Shown here: positions 1 through 9,403 of the stretch, piece by piece
Position numbering within the stretch: the stretch's first letter is position 1
Layout: every line of letters begins with the position of its first letter
DNA from: Chlorobiales bacterium
GTDB lineage: Bacteria > Bacteroidota > Chlorobiia > Chlorobiales > JACMJS01
Direction of reading: 5' to 3'
Length of the DNA: 37,827 bases
NCBI GenBank assembly: GCA_014380515.1
Contig: JACMJS010000306.1
Coordinates: 1-37,827 of the forward strand
Notes under the pieces: generated by a model
The model's database searches: none
Seen by the model: the letters and a program-made list of their open reading frames with translations, nothing else
What the model was told of the DNA's origin: nothing
Program-made: the position numbers and the translations under genes

Positions 1-960
1 CTTTATCAAGAAAAAAAATTGGCGATCATTCACGGCGCCGGTTCGCCGGAGAAAAACCGCTCGCATTTCGATGCGCAGGATTTCATGGAGAACGGCACGC
101 CGGGCCGCAAAGGCACTGCGGACGGCTGGCTCAACCGCACGATGGAAACTTCAAGCATGCTCCAGAAACCGTCGTCGCCGTTTCAAGCCGTTGCGCTTAC
201 GGCAGCATTGCCCCGTTCGCTTTACGGCGACCGCAAAGCAATTGCGATGTCGAACCTCAACGAGTTCGGCGTGCGGCTCGGCGGCGGCGCACAGGCGGCG
301 ATGGCTTCGGCGGCAGGAAATAGTTTCGAAGAACTTTATGCGAAAAGCACCGAGGAACTGTTGAGCGGTACGGGCAAAGAAAGTTTCGAGGCGGTGAAAG
401 TGTTATCGAAAATCGATACGCGAAATTATCAACCGGAAAATGGCGCGCAGTATCCGAACTCCCCGCTCGGCAATAGTTTGCGGCAGATCGCCCAGTTGAT
501 CAAATCCGATCTGGGTGTTGAGATTGCGTTTGCCGAATCGGCGGGCTGGGACACGCACGTCGGCGAGGTGAATCAATTCAGCGCGCGGGCGACGGACTTG
601 TCGAAATCCATCGCGGCGTTCTGGAGCGACCTGCAAAAATATCAGGACGACTTGGTGGTGATGACGATGACGGAGTTTGGCCGGACGGTCAAGCAAAACG
701 GTTCGGGCGGCACGGATCACGGACGCGGCTCGTGCTTCTTCGTGCTCGGCAATAATGTAGATGGCGGAAAAGTTCACGGATCAATTCCAACTTCGCTCGA
801 ACCCGATGCGTTGGAAGACGGGCGAGACCTGCCGGTTACAACCGACTTCCGCGCGGTCTTCAGCGAAGTGGCAGGCAAACAGTTTTCAATCGCCGCCGCA
901 AAAGACAACGTGATTTTTCCGAACTGGACGGGCAAGCGTTTGCCGCTGTTGAAGGCGTAA
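1..960 (+). CDS. DUF1501 family protein (5'-truncated by window edge)
   Basis: Frame is open from base 1 (LYQEKKLAIIHG...). Motifs RSHFDAQD, GWDTH, MTEFGRT...NGSGGTDHG and GRDLPVTTDFR are typical of DUF1501. Confidence 0.85.
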   Translation, partial: LYQEKKLAIIHGAGSPEKNRSHFDAQDFMENGTPGRKGTADGWLNRTMETSSMLQKPSSPFQAVALTAALPRSLYGDRKAIAMSNLNEFGVRLGGGAQAAMASAAGNSFEELYAKSTEELLSGTGKESFEAVKVLSKIDTRNYQPENGAQYPNSPLGNSLRQIAQLIKSDLGVEIAFAESAGWDTHVGEVNQFSARATDLSKSIAAFWSDLQKYQDDLVVMTMTEFGRTVKQNGSGGTDHGRGSCFFVLGNNVDGGKVHGSIPTSLEPDALEDGRDLPVTTDFRAVFSEVAGKQFSIAAAKDNVIFPNWTGKRLPLLKA

Positions 961-1005
961 CACGGATAATCTCTCGGAAACTTTTCTCTTGTACTTTTCT
1001 CTCGC

Positions 1006-1017
1006 GTCATTCCTGAC
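1006..1017. repeat. Degenerate half-copy of the GTCATTC palindrome family
   Basis: GTCATTCCTGAC is identical to 14708-14719; no clear partner arm. Confidence 0.3.
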
Positions 1018-1075
1018 GCTTGATTGAGATTTTTTTACGACGCTTGCAAACTCGGAACGGGTTCGGCAGCGAACG

Positions 1076-1147
1076 GATCGACAGGCCGAGTCGCGTTGAA
1101 CTTTCGCCGCCGGTGGGCTTGGCGGAAAGGCGTTGGAACATGCCGAG
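1076..1147 (-). pseudogene. Histidine kinase HATPase fragment (gene remnant)
   Basis: Translates LGMFQRLSAKPTGGESSTRLGLSI, nearly identical to FGRFQRLSAKPTGGESSTGLGLAI in the 3127-6633 kinase. Lies 2 bp after the 1150 stop, with no N-terminal part and a junk tail. Confidence 0.7.
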
Positions 1148-1149
1148 GT

Positions 1150-3033
1150 TCAAATTGATGCGGGTAGTTCGATGGTAAAAGTGCAGCCTTTGTCTTTGCC
1201 TTCGGAGGCAACACGGACGTTGCCGCCATGCAATTCGACCAGACGCTTGACGATGGCTAGCCCCAAGCCCGTCGAGGTTTCTTTGCCCGTCGGTCTTGCC
1301 GAAAGGCGTTGAAATTTTCCGAAGGCTTTTTTCAAATCGTCTTCCGTCATGCCTTGTCCCTCGTCCTTGATCTCGATGCACACGGTTTCTTCGGCGTCTT
1401 CATCGGCACTGCGGCTGACGGCGATCCAAATCGTTTGACCTTCGAGCGAGTATTTCATCGCATTGCTGATGAGATTATCAAGCACTTCCATCATACGATC
1501 TTCATCGGCCCAAGCCATACAACCAAGTCCCGTGCGGAGTTCCAAGGTTTGTTGTTTCTGATCAGCACGCGGCTGATAACTGTCAACCATGAGCGAAGTG
1601 AGCTGGGCAAGATCGATCCGGCGACGGTTGAGCGCGATTTTTCCGCTTTCAATCGCCGTTGTGTTGAGCAGTTGCTTGATGATGTGCAGCATTTGCCGCG
1701 AGAGATCGCCGATCAGGTTGACGTAAATTTCCTTGCGACCTTCGTTGCTTTCTTTGCTCGACAGCATATCGGAAAAGTTGAGGATCGCCGTGAGCGGGTT
1801 TCGTAAATCATGCGCGGCAATGGAGAGCAGTTCGGATTTCATCATGTTCGCTTCCGTCAATTCGGCGTTGGCTTTGACGAGCGCGACGTTTTTCAGCCGG
1901 TAGACTTCCGCCTCGATGCGTTGGCGTTCGGCTTCGCTTTCGGCGCGTTCGAGATCGAAGCGGCGTTGCATCTTGCGGGCGTTTTCGGCGGATTCTTCCG
2001 TGAGCACTTCGGCGCGGAGCGCAAAGAATTTTTTGTAATGCTCAAACGCTTTCTCGAAGTTCTGCGCGGCGGCGTAGGCTTCGGCGAGGGCTTCATGAAT
2101 TTTAAATTCAAGCGGCTTGATAAAATGTGCCGATGCCAAATTCAGGGCGGTAGTTAGCTGCTGCACCGCCGCCTTGAATTTTTTCCGTTGCATGTCAATG
2201 GCCGCAAGGTTTTGCAAGCAGACTGCCTCACTGTTGGCGTCGCCATGCCGGGCGGCTTTGGTGCAGGCGCGATGGAAATAGTCCGCCGCCTTTTCAAGTT
2301 CACCCAATTGAAAATACGTCTCACCGATGTTGCACAGTGATGAGGCCTCGCTTTGATCCGCTCCGGCATCGCGCCGCAAGGCCAGACTATCTTCGAAACA
2401 GGCCAAGGCATTGCGGTAGTTTTTCAAATCGAAATGAATCACGCCGATGCTGTTGAGCGACGTGGCAATGGCGGCTTTGTCGTTCAAGGTTTCGCGGATC
2501 GCAAGGGCCTGCTCGTAATATTTCATCGCGTCTTGCGGCTGACCGAGTTGGCGGTAAATGATGCCGATGTTGTTGAGGACTGCGGCTTCGCGTGCCTCTT
2601 CATTGTGCGATTTCAGCAGGCGGTAGCTTTCGGTGTAATTACCCAGCGCGGTAGAGAGATCGCCCAGTTGCCAGTAGATAAGGCCGATGGTGTTGAGCGA
2701 TTTCGCCCGTCCGACGTCATCGCCCAGTTCTTCGTAGAGCCGGATCGATTCGCGCGTCGCAAAGGTAGCGATGTCGTAGTCGGCTTTGCTCCAGCAGCAG
2801 AAGCCGATGAGGTAAAGACTTTCGGCGAGTTGATCGGTGCACTCCGAGGCTTCGGCCAGCCCGCGGGCGCGTTGAGCGAAGGTGAGAGCCTGAACCGCGT
2901 CGCCCGCGGAAACCATCGTTGCAAGTTGATTGAATATCCGCGCCCGCTCGCACGCATCGGTGAGCGTTTCCTGTTTTCGAAGCAGCGTTTGCACTTGCTC
3001 GGAAAAGGCGGCGGGTTGGGATGTATTCGTCAA
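1150..3033 (-). CDS. TPR-repeat sensor histidine kinase (TPR + HisKA + HATPase_c)
   Basis: TPR repeats (SLNTIGLIY, VLNNIGIIY, SLNSIGVIH), H-box AAHDLRNPL, N-box NLISNAMKY, G1 DEGQG, G2 TGLGL. TTG start is uncertain. Confidence 0.9.
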   Translation of the reverse strand: MTNTSQPAAFSEQVQTLLRKQETLTDACERARIFNQLATMVSAGDAVQALTFAQRARGLAEASECTDQLAESLYLIGFCCWSKADYDIATFATRESIRLYEELGDDVGRAKSLNTIGLIYWQLGDLSTALGNYTESYRLLKSHNEEAREAAVLNNIGIIYRQLGQPQDAMKYYEQALAIRETLNDKAAIATSLNSIGVIHFDLKNYRNALACFEDSLALRRDAGADQSEASSLCNIGETYFQLGELEKAADYFHRACTKAARHGDANSEAVCLQNLAAIDMQRKKFKAAVQQLTTALNLASAHFIKPLEFKIHEALAEAYAAAQNFEKAFEHYKKFFALRAEVLTEESAENARKMQRRFDLERAESEAERQRIEAEVYRLKNVALVKANAELTEANMMKSELLSIAAHDLRNPLTAILNFSDMLSSKESNEGRKEIYVNLIGDLSRQMLHIIKQLLNTTAIESGKIALNRRRIDLAQLTSLMVDSYQPRADQKQQTLELRTGLGCMAWADEDRMMEVLDNLISNAMKYSLEGQTIWIAVSRSADEDAEETVCIEIKDEGQGMTEDDLKKAFGKFQRLSARPTGKETSTGLGLAIVKRLVELHGGNVRVASEGKDKGCTFTIELPASI

Positions 3034-3126
3034 AGCGGTTTGTACTTACGTGCGAAAATAAAATATGCGCGAGTAAAATGTACGAGAGCGAAACCTGCGG
3101 GAGTGAACCGCCCGCTTGAGAGCGAT

Positions 3127-6100
3127 TTAGTTTCTGATGACGGTCGCATTGATAACGGCGCCGTTTTCACTTTGCTTGTTTTCACTTTGCACCGGCAACC
3201 GGACGATAAAGCGACTTCCCTGTCCTTGTCCGCCGGATTCGGCACTGACGCTGCCGCCGTGCAGTTCGATCAGTTGTTTAACGATGGCAAGTCCTAAGCC
3301 CGTCGACGATTCGCCGCCCGTCGGTTTCGCCGAAAGCCGTTGAAAGCGTCCGAAGAGTTTGGCTTTGTCCATTTCCGTCAGGCCTTGTCCTTCATCGCGC
3401 ACTTCGATCACCACCGACTTCTCGCCGTGACTGCCGTTACCATCCGCCGCGACTCCCGTTGCGGCCATATCAGGAGCGGCTTTGCGGACGGCGACGAAAA
3501 TCTTTTTGCCGAGCGGCGAATACTTAATCGCGTTGCCGATGAGATTATCAACCACTTCGTGCAGCCGTTCTTCGTCGCCGGTTACGGTGCAGTCCGGCTC
3601 AAGATGCGCCACAATTTCTTGACCTTTGCGCTCGGCCTGCGGTTGATTGAACGTGATGACGCTGAGTACCAACCGGCTTATATCGACAGCGGATTTATGC
3701 AGTTCAAGATTTCCCGTATCCAACGCGGCGGTGCGAAGCAGGCTTTCAATCAGATCGACCATGCGGCGCGAGGCATCAAAGATGTGGCGAGCATATGTGG
3801 CCACGAGCGAATCTTCCGGCACGCTTTCATTGGTGAGCGAGGCGAAGCCCATCACGGTTTGCAACGGATTTTTCAGATCGTGCGCCGCCATGGAGAGCAA
3901 CTCTGACTTCAGCGCGCCCGCCGATTGCGCCGATTCGCGTTGCCGCTCGGCCTCGCGCCGCTGATGATCGGCACTGGTCTTTTGGCGTTCGGCATCTTCG
4001 CGTGCGGCCTGCGCAGCCGTTAGTGCCGATTCGGTTTCGGCTTGTTGAAGACGCAAGTCTTTGGTACGCAGTTCAACCTCAGCGAGCAGTTCCGCTTCGC
4101 GCTCGCTGACTTGCTTCATCCGAAACCGATATAAGCCGACCCCGCCGAACACGAGCAACATAGCCGCGCCCAAATAAAATGTGGCCGTTTGATAGAAGTA
4201 TGGTTCGAGTTCGATTCGCAACGACGCTCCCGATTCATTCCACACGCCGTCGCTGTTGCACGCCATCACGCGGAAAGTGTAAATGCCCGGCGGCAAGTTG
4301 GTGTAGAAGGCTTCGCGCCGTTTGCCGCCATCGATCCACTTTTTATCGAAGCCGTCGAGCTTGTATCTGAACCGTACTTTCTCCGGCGCATAGAGCGACA
4401 GGCCCGCGTATTGCACTTCAAACCGCTCCGTGCCCGGCTTCAACTTCGCCGCACCGGAAGCGAGCAAACTTTGTCCTTCTGCTCGGACGTCTTCGATGAC
4501 GATGAGCGGTACGACGTCGTTGCGCAGGATTTGACGCGGGTTGATGGCCACGAGACCTTTCGTCGTCGAGAACCACAGCGATCCGTCTTTGCGGCGGAAG
4601 GACGAAGGCTGCGAGACCGCGCTGCATTCGGAACTCTTCATGCCGTCCGACATGCCATACTGGATGGGCGTGAGCGCGGGAATTTTCTTCTCTAAAAAAT
4701 CCGAGATGTTTTTTTTGTTCAGGCGCGTGATGCCTTTGTTGCCGGAGAGCCAAAGCCAGCCGTCGTCATCTTCTAAAATGTTGAACACCGTGTCTTCGAA
4801 AAGACCTTCGGTCGACGTCAGGCTTTCGAACTTACCCTGTTTCATCCGCGAAAGTCCGCCGCCCGACGTGCCGATCCAAAGCGTGCCGCTTGTATCTTCA
4901 TAAACACAAAATACAATGTCGCTCGCAAGGCCGTCTTGCTTGGTGCATGGCGTAAATTTTCCGTGCTCGAACTTCACGAGGCCGCAACCGTCCATCCCGA
5001 TCCAGACCGCGCCGCTGCGACTGCGGAAAACGGTAAGCACCAAATTGCTCGGCAGACCGTTTTTGTCGGTGTAGGTCGTGATCGTTTCATCCGCCGCAAC
5101 GTGGCAAAGCCCGCCGCCGACGATGCCGATCCACATACCGCCCGCACCGTCGCTGCACATTGAAGAAATACGGTTGCCCGTCAATCCGCCCGTTGGCCCT
5201 TTGCTCTCCGTAAAGACTTTTACCTTGCCCTCTTTGATGCGCGCCGCGCCGCGGCTCGTGCCGACCCACACCGCGCCGCTCGTGTCCTGAGCGAGTGATT
5301 GCACAAGTTTATCCGGCAAGCCGTTCGCCTCCGAAAAAAACGTGATGCCGCCGTCCGGCGCGATGCGGTTCAAACCGCCGTCCGCCGTGCCGATCCAGAG
5401 CGCGCTGTCCCGCGTTTCGATGAGCGTGCGGGTGAAGTCGCTTGAGAGACCTTCTTTGGAGGTGTGGGTTACAAACTTGCCCATCTTCAAACGGCCAAGG
5501 CCGCCGCCCGCCGTGCCGATCCAGAGCGAACCTTCGCGGTCTTCGTGAATAGCGCGGACGAAATCGTTGGGCAATCCTTGTTTGGCCGAATACCGTTCAA
5601 TCTTTCCGTTGCGCCACCGCGCCAGACCGCCGCCATATGTGCCGATCCACAGCGTTTGGTAGCGGTCTTCGAAGAGCGACAGGATAATCGGATTCGGAAG
5701 CCCGTCGGAGACCTTGTAGGTTTTAAAAACACCGTCTTTGTATTGACATAGGCCGTCGCCGTTCGTGCCGATCCAGAGTGTGCCGTCGCGGGCGGTGCAG
5801 AGCGAGAAGATAAAGTTCGAGGGCAGACTGTCTTTCGTGGTGTAGGTCGTAAACTTATCCTCTTTGAAGCGCGAGAGGCCGCCGCCGTTCGTGCCGATCC
5901 AGATGGCACCGTCGGCACTTTGACGAATCGCGCGGACGACGTTGTGCGCGAGGCCTTGCTCGGTGGTGTAGTTTGTAAATTTTCCCGCTTTGAATTTTGA
6001 AAGGCCACGGTTCGTGCCGATCCAGATGTTACCCTCGCGGTCTTCGGTAATACTTTTGATAAAGTCGTTGGCCAGACCTTCCTTGACGGTGTAAGTGGTA

Positions 6101-6633
6101 AACTTTCCCGCCTTGTAAGCCGTAACGCCGCCGCCGTTCGTACCGATCCAGAGCGTGCTATCGCGCGATTCAGCGAGGGCGAGCACGCTGCTGTTTTTCA
6201 ATTCGCGTACCGAGGCTTTGTCGAACAGTTTAAACTTGATGCCATCGAAGCGCGCGAGGCCTTCATATGTGCCGAGCCAGATATAGCCGTCGCGCGTGGC
6301 GAGGATTGACATGACGGTATTTTGCGGCAGGCCGTGTTCGGTACGCCAGTTGTCCTGACTGTATTGCGTGATGGCTTTGTCAGGATCGAGGCCGATGGGC
6401 GCACCGACGGCGGGCGTTGTTGAGAAATTATCAGGCAGCGATTGCGTTGCGGGCACGGGCGGCACAGGCGATACCGCTTGGCCGGATGCGATGCGCATGT
6501 TGACCAGCGTCATCATCACGCACATCAACCATGCGACCCGCCATGCGGCACGGCGCGGCGCGACGCGGAACCGCGGTGTGATTTTTTGTTTACTGTGCAG
6601 ATACTTCAACATGCGGACGGCGAACCCTATCAA
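3127..6633 (-). CDS. Membrane sensor histidine kinase with Reg_prop beta-propeller repeats and Y_Y_Y domain
   Basis: Many (L/I)WIGT-GGGL repeats, YKLDGFD...YTNLPPGIYTFRV (Y_Y_Y), TM after PYFYQT, AAHDLKNPL, NLIGNAIKY, DEGQG, TGLGL. No receiver domain. Start uncertain. Confidence 0.9.
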   Translation of the reverse strand: MIGFAVRMLKYLHSKQKITPRFRVAPRRAAWRVAWLMCVMMTLVNMRIASGQAVSPVPPVPATQSLPDNFSTTPAVGAPIGLDPDKAITQYSQDNWRTEHGLPQNTVMSILATRDGYIWLGTYEGLARFDGIKFKLFDKASVRELKNSSVLALAESRDSTLWIGTNGGGVTAYKAGKFTTYTVKEGLANDFIKSITEDREGNIWIGTNRGLSKFKAGKFTNYTTEQGLAHNVVRAIRQSADGAIWIGTNGGGLSRFKEDKFTTYTTKDSLPSNFIFSLCTARDGTLWIGTNGDGLCQYKDGVFKTYKVSDGLPNPIILSLFEDRYQTLWIGTYGGGLARWRNGKIERYSAKQGLPNDFVRAIHEDREGSLWIGTAGGGLGRLKMGKFVTHTSKEGLSSDFTRTLIETRDSALWIGTADGGLNRIAPDGGITFFSEANGLPDKLVQSLAQDTSGAVWVGTSRGAARIKEGKVKVFTESKGPTGGLTGNRISSMCSDGAGGMWIGIVGGGLCHVAADETITTYTDKNGLPSNLVLTVFRSRSGAVWIGMDGCGLVKFEHGKFTPCTKQDGLASDIVFCVYEDTSGTLWIGTSGGGLSRMKQGKFESLTSTEGLFEDTVFNILEDDDGWLWLSGNKGITRLNKKNISDFLEKKIPALTPIQYGMSDGMKSSECSAVSQPSSFRRKDGSLWFSTTKGLVAINPRQILRNDVVPLIVIEDVRAEGQSLLASGAAKLKPGTERFEVQYAGLSLYAPEKVRFRYKLDGFDKKWIDGGKRREAFYTNLPPGIYTFRVMACNSDGVWNESGASLRIELEPYFYQTATFYLGAAMLLVFGGVGLYRFRMKQVSEREAELLAEVELRTKDLRLQQAETESALTAAQAAREDAERQKTSADHQRREAERQRESAQSAGALKSELLSMAAHDLKNPLQTVMGFASLTNESVPEDSLVATYARHIFDASRRMVDLIESLLRTAALDTGNLELHKSAVDISRLVLSVITFNQPQAERKGQEIVAHLEPDCTVTGDEERLHEVVDNLIGNAIKYSPLGKKIFVAVRKAAPDMAATGVAADGNGSHGEKSVVIEVRDEGQGLTEMDKAKLFGRFQRLSAKPTGGESSTGLGLAIVKQLIELHGGSVSAESGGQGQGSRFIVRLPVQSENKQSENGAVINATVIRN

Positions 6634-6635
6634 AT

Positions 6636-6694
6636 CTTTTCGGACGGTTTTTCAGAGGCTTTTCAAACGGTTTCTCGAACGGCTTTTCAGACGG
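6636..6694. repeat. Five imperfect 11-12 bp tandem repeats, consensus YTTTTCRRACGG
   Basis: cttttcggacgg / tttttcagagg / cttttcaaacgg / tttctcgaacgg / cttttcagacgg, directly upstream of the propeller kinase. Confidence 0.75.
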
Positions 6695-6809
6695 CTTGGC
6701 AATACGGTGGCAGGATGATTAAGACGCCCCGCAGCGATGGGCTTGAACCGGATCAGGTTTAAAAATGCGGACGAGGCGAAGAAGTTTTTGGCCGGTGAAA
6801 AAGACGGAG

Positions 6810-6817
6810 CAAAGTTA
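6810..6817 (-). promoter_or_regulatory. Putative TAnnTTTG promoter element for the propeller kinase
   Basis: Minus strand TAACTTTG in the intergenic region, correctly oriented. Confidence 0.4.
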
Positions 6818-6913
6818 CACAAGTTCCCGCAGAGTTTAAGCCTTTGTGATGATTGATGCAACCGTGAATGCCGATCTCGAACGCATACCGCCTGCATTTA
6901 GGCGGCAGCCTGC

Positions 6914-8308
6914 TCACGCGAACCCGAAAATGATTTTTCCCATCCGGCAGTCCAGACAGCGGAACGGATCGCAATATTTTTTTTTGAGTTCCAACAAGGC
7001 TTGTTCCATCGATGCCGACTTGACGGTGTAACCTTCACCGAGCAATTCGTCAAGCACTTGCCGCGCGGCTTCCGAAGTCAGTCCTTTCGGATATACGCTG
7101 TAAAGCCGCATCACGGCTGCCGCGAGCGGCGTGTTTGACGTTTGATCTGCATAGAATTTCAGCACGGGCAAAAGCGCGTTGATCACAATTTCCGCCGCGC
7201 GGTTTTTGCCGACCAAATTTCCAATCGGCTTTTTTGCGATTGCGCCGAAGCGGTAATGCGTTTGCCAATAGCCCGACGCATCGGCCATGAATAGATTTTC
7301 CATCAGCAGTATTTTGCGGCGGTCGCTGACGGGCATTGAGATAATTTCGAGGGCACTTTCCAAGAAGCCTTGCGCGGTCTGCGGTGATGTCTGCTTCGTG
7401 AGTACTTCGGCGAGGGCGGCGACGCGCAAGGTCGGGAAGTTTGAAGGGCGCAAGCGGAAAAATACCCACGCGGTTTGCGGCATCGCAGAGAGCGTGCTCA
7501 CCCACGGCGGCACAACCGCTTTGAGCGACTGCAAATACATCTGCGTCTCGCCGTCCTCCGAATCCTCCGGCGGTATCAAGCCGGAGAGCGCGAACAAAAC
7601 GGCTTCGAGCATCGTGCGGCGGGCGGCGAAAGTTTCGAGGCGCAAAAATTCGGGCGAAGATTCAAGGCGCGTCAATGGCGTTAGTGAAACCAACTGCTCC
7701 ATCGCTTCGGCGTTTTCGCTGTAGCCGAGGGAGCGGGCGAAACTGCGGGTGATGACTTGATTGTAAGTCTCGCCGGTCAAATGCGCGGCGAAACGGTGAA
7801 CTTTATTTTCGAAGCGCAGCATGGCCAGTTCATCCAGCCATTTTAATTTTTCGGCATCACCAATGGATTCAATCTGCGGCGAGCAATGCAGCACTTTGCG
7901 AGAGGCGAGTGCCGATTCATCGCGGATGCACTGAGCGATCACGGTGTGCGCTTCGCCGTTCAATTGACGCTGCATTTCGAGCACGGGAATATGATTCGGA
8001 GCATTCATAGCACCGGGTGATTTTTCATCGTGATCGAACACGGCGTGCAAAATCACGCTGTCGTAGTGCGGGTTGCCGCTGTGCTTGTGGCGTTGCCAAT
8101 CTGAAGAACGCGAGTGAATTTCTACGTCGCCTTCTTTCAACTCGCCATCGATGACGACTTTGGCGCGGTGAAAGTCCGCGCCTTCGTTGCGGTTGAGTGT
8201 GCCGACGGAAAGTATGGACAGGGTGCGTCCGTCGGCGGTAGAAAGTTTGGGCAAGTCCAGATAAAGATTTTTCCAGATGTGCCGCACGAATTTTTCAGGA
8301 ATAGCCAT
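6914..8308 (-). CDS. DUF2851 family protein
   Basis: N-terminal GxxNxxxGADF...GDVEIH..SSDW..HxH..NPHYDSVILH, RLRPSNFPTLR, C-terminal YCDPFRCLDC. Confidence 0.85.
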   Translation of the reverse strand: MAIPEKFVRHIWKNLYLDLPKLSTADGRTLSILSVGTLNRNEGADFHRAKVVIDGELKEGDVEIHSRSSDWQRHKHSGNPHYDSVILHAVFDHDEKSPGAMNAPNHIPVLEMQRQLNGEAHTVIAQCIRDESALASRKVLHCSPQIESIGDAEKLKWLDELAMLRFENKVHRFAAHLTGETYNQVITRSFARSLGYSENAEAMEQLVSLTPLTRLESSPEFLRLETFAARRTMLEAVLFALSGLIPPEDSEDGETQMYLQSLKAVVPPWVSTLSAMPQTAWVFFRLRPSNFPTLRVAALAEVLTKQTSPQTAQGFLESALEIISMPVSDRRKILLMENLFMADASGYWQTHYRFGAIAKKPIGNLVGKNRAAEIVINALLPVLKFYADQTSNTPLAAAVMRLYSVYPKGLTSEAARQVLDELLGEGYTVKSASMEQALLELKKKYCDPFRCLDCRMGKIIFGFA

Positions 8309-8357
8309 AGCATTGGTGCGTTGAGGGTTGGCAAAAGTATTTGACTTGCGTTGTTTG

Positions 8358-9107
8358 TTACCGCGTAAAATAATGCCGCCGGATTCGAAGCAATTCCCAA
8401 AATGCCGTGAGAAAATCCTGCGACTTGACTTTTGAGCCGCGCACGTCTTTCCACACCTTGAGCGGCAGTTCGTAAATTACGGTTTCCGCTGGCGGCTCGC
8501 CCCGCTCGCGGCGGCGGATAATCAATCGTGCGAAAATTTCAATATCAAATACCCACCGCGCAAGAAACGGCGTTGCAAACACGGCGGTAGTTTCCGGCGA
8601 GACTCGAAATAGTTTCGCGCCGCACTGTGTGTCATAAACACCCAAATCCAATACTATACTTGCCAGCGTCGCTCCGATGCGGCCAAGATAGTGCCGTACT
8701 CCGTTGCGTTCGACCGTGCGGCCTAGCAACTTGACGCGCGACCCGACCACCATTTGCAGATGCAATTGCGATTCCATCAGCAGGATGAACTCTAAGATCG
8801 TTTCCAACGGCGTCGCCAAATCAGCATCCCAGAATCCGATGTATTCCGGCGTCTCATTCAAAGCGTGCAGCAGACCTTCGCGCACGGCTTCCGCTTTGCC
8901 GCGGTTGAGTTGCAATGAATAGAGGCTGAATGCCTCGGCATTCAAAGCGCAAAGTTTCACGATGATCTCCGGCGTGTCGTCGGTTGAGCCGTCGTTGCTG
9001 AATAGGAAATGAATATCAGGATGCAGGTTGGCAAACGTGATGAAGGCATTGGTGTCCAGCCGTTTGGCTTCGTTGTAGCAAGGAATAACGATGATGGTTT
9101 TGGGCAT
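8358..9107 (-). CDS. Glycosyltransferase family 2 (dolichol-phosphate sugar synthase-like)
   Basis: IPCYNE, NDGSTD, NRGKAEAVREG, DADL, DTQCGAKLF, FDIE. Start set at MPKTIIV rather than 9176. Confidence 0.88.
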   Translation of the reverse strand: MPKTIIVIPCYNEAKRLDTNAFITFANLHPDIHFLFSNDGSTDDTPEIIVKLCALNAEAFSLYSLQLNRGKAEAVREGLLHALNETPEYIGFWDADLATPLETILEFILLMESQLHLQMVVGSRVKLLGRTVERNGVRHYLGRIGATLASIVLDLGVYDTQCGAKLFRVSPETTAVFATPFLARWVFDIEIFARLIIRRRERGEPPAETVIYELPLKVWKDVRGSKVKSQDFLTAFWELLRIRRHYFTR

Positions 9108-9220
9108 GATGAGAAATAAAATGAGCCGGACTTTTCTACGCTTTTCTATGTGAATTCTTTTATAGCGGCCAAACATAACTTTTCACCACCGCTTTTTCAC
9201 CCTCGGTATGAGCCGCCTCA

Positions 9221-9260
9221 AAAGTTTCTGAAAGTGATTGAAAGTTTCTGAAAGTCATTT
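9221..9260. repeat. Four 10-bp phased repeats AAAGT-N5 (ABAB pattern)
   Basis: aaagtttctg aaagtgattg aaagtttctg aaagtcattt in the divergent GT2/mltD intergenic region. Confidence 0.7.
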
Positions 9261-9267
9261 TTCCGGT

Positions 9268-9275
9268 TATCTTTG
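9268..9275 (+). promoter_or_regulatory. Putative TAnnTTTG promoter element for the transglycosylase
   Basis: TATCTTTG about 130 bp upstream of the CDS. Confidence 0.45.
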
Positions 9276-9403
9276 CAAGCCCGCACCTGCACGGCGTTTG
9301 CAGCGATGGCGGGATAACGATTGAACATCTACCAACTACAGCGACCTAATTTTTTCAACGCACAGGCAACGCCATCATTTCACCGCCGCCTGCTGCAAAA
9401 AAC

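Noticed and set aside
3163-3191. 15-bp period duplication GTTTTCACTTTGC
   Set aside because: In-frame coding microduplication (QSENK QSEN) in an unstructured kinase tail.
2353-3297. Long antisense ORFs (e.g. 314 aa here, 365 aa at 30528-31625)
   Set aside because: Shadows of strongly supported genes on the opposite strand, with no recognisable motifs.
4860-6290. Recurrent GTGCCGATCCAGA repeats that could mimic a CRISPR array
   Set aside because: They encode the WIGT motif of propeller blades; spacing is long and in frame, and there are no cas genes.
6686-6695. GCCGTCTGAA (Neisseria DNA uptake sequence) on the minus strand
   Set aside because: Single copy inside a local tandem repeat; the lineage does not fit; likely chance.
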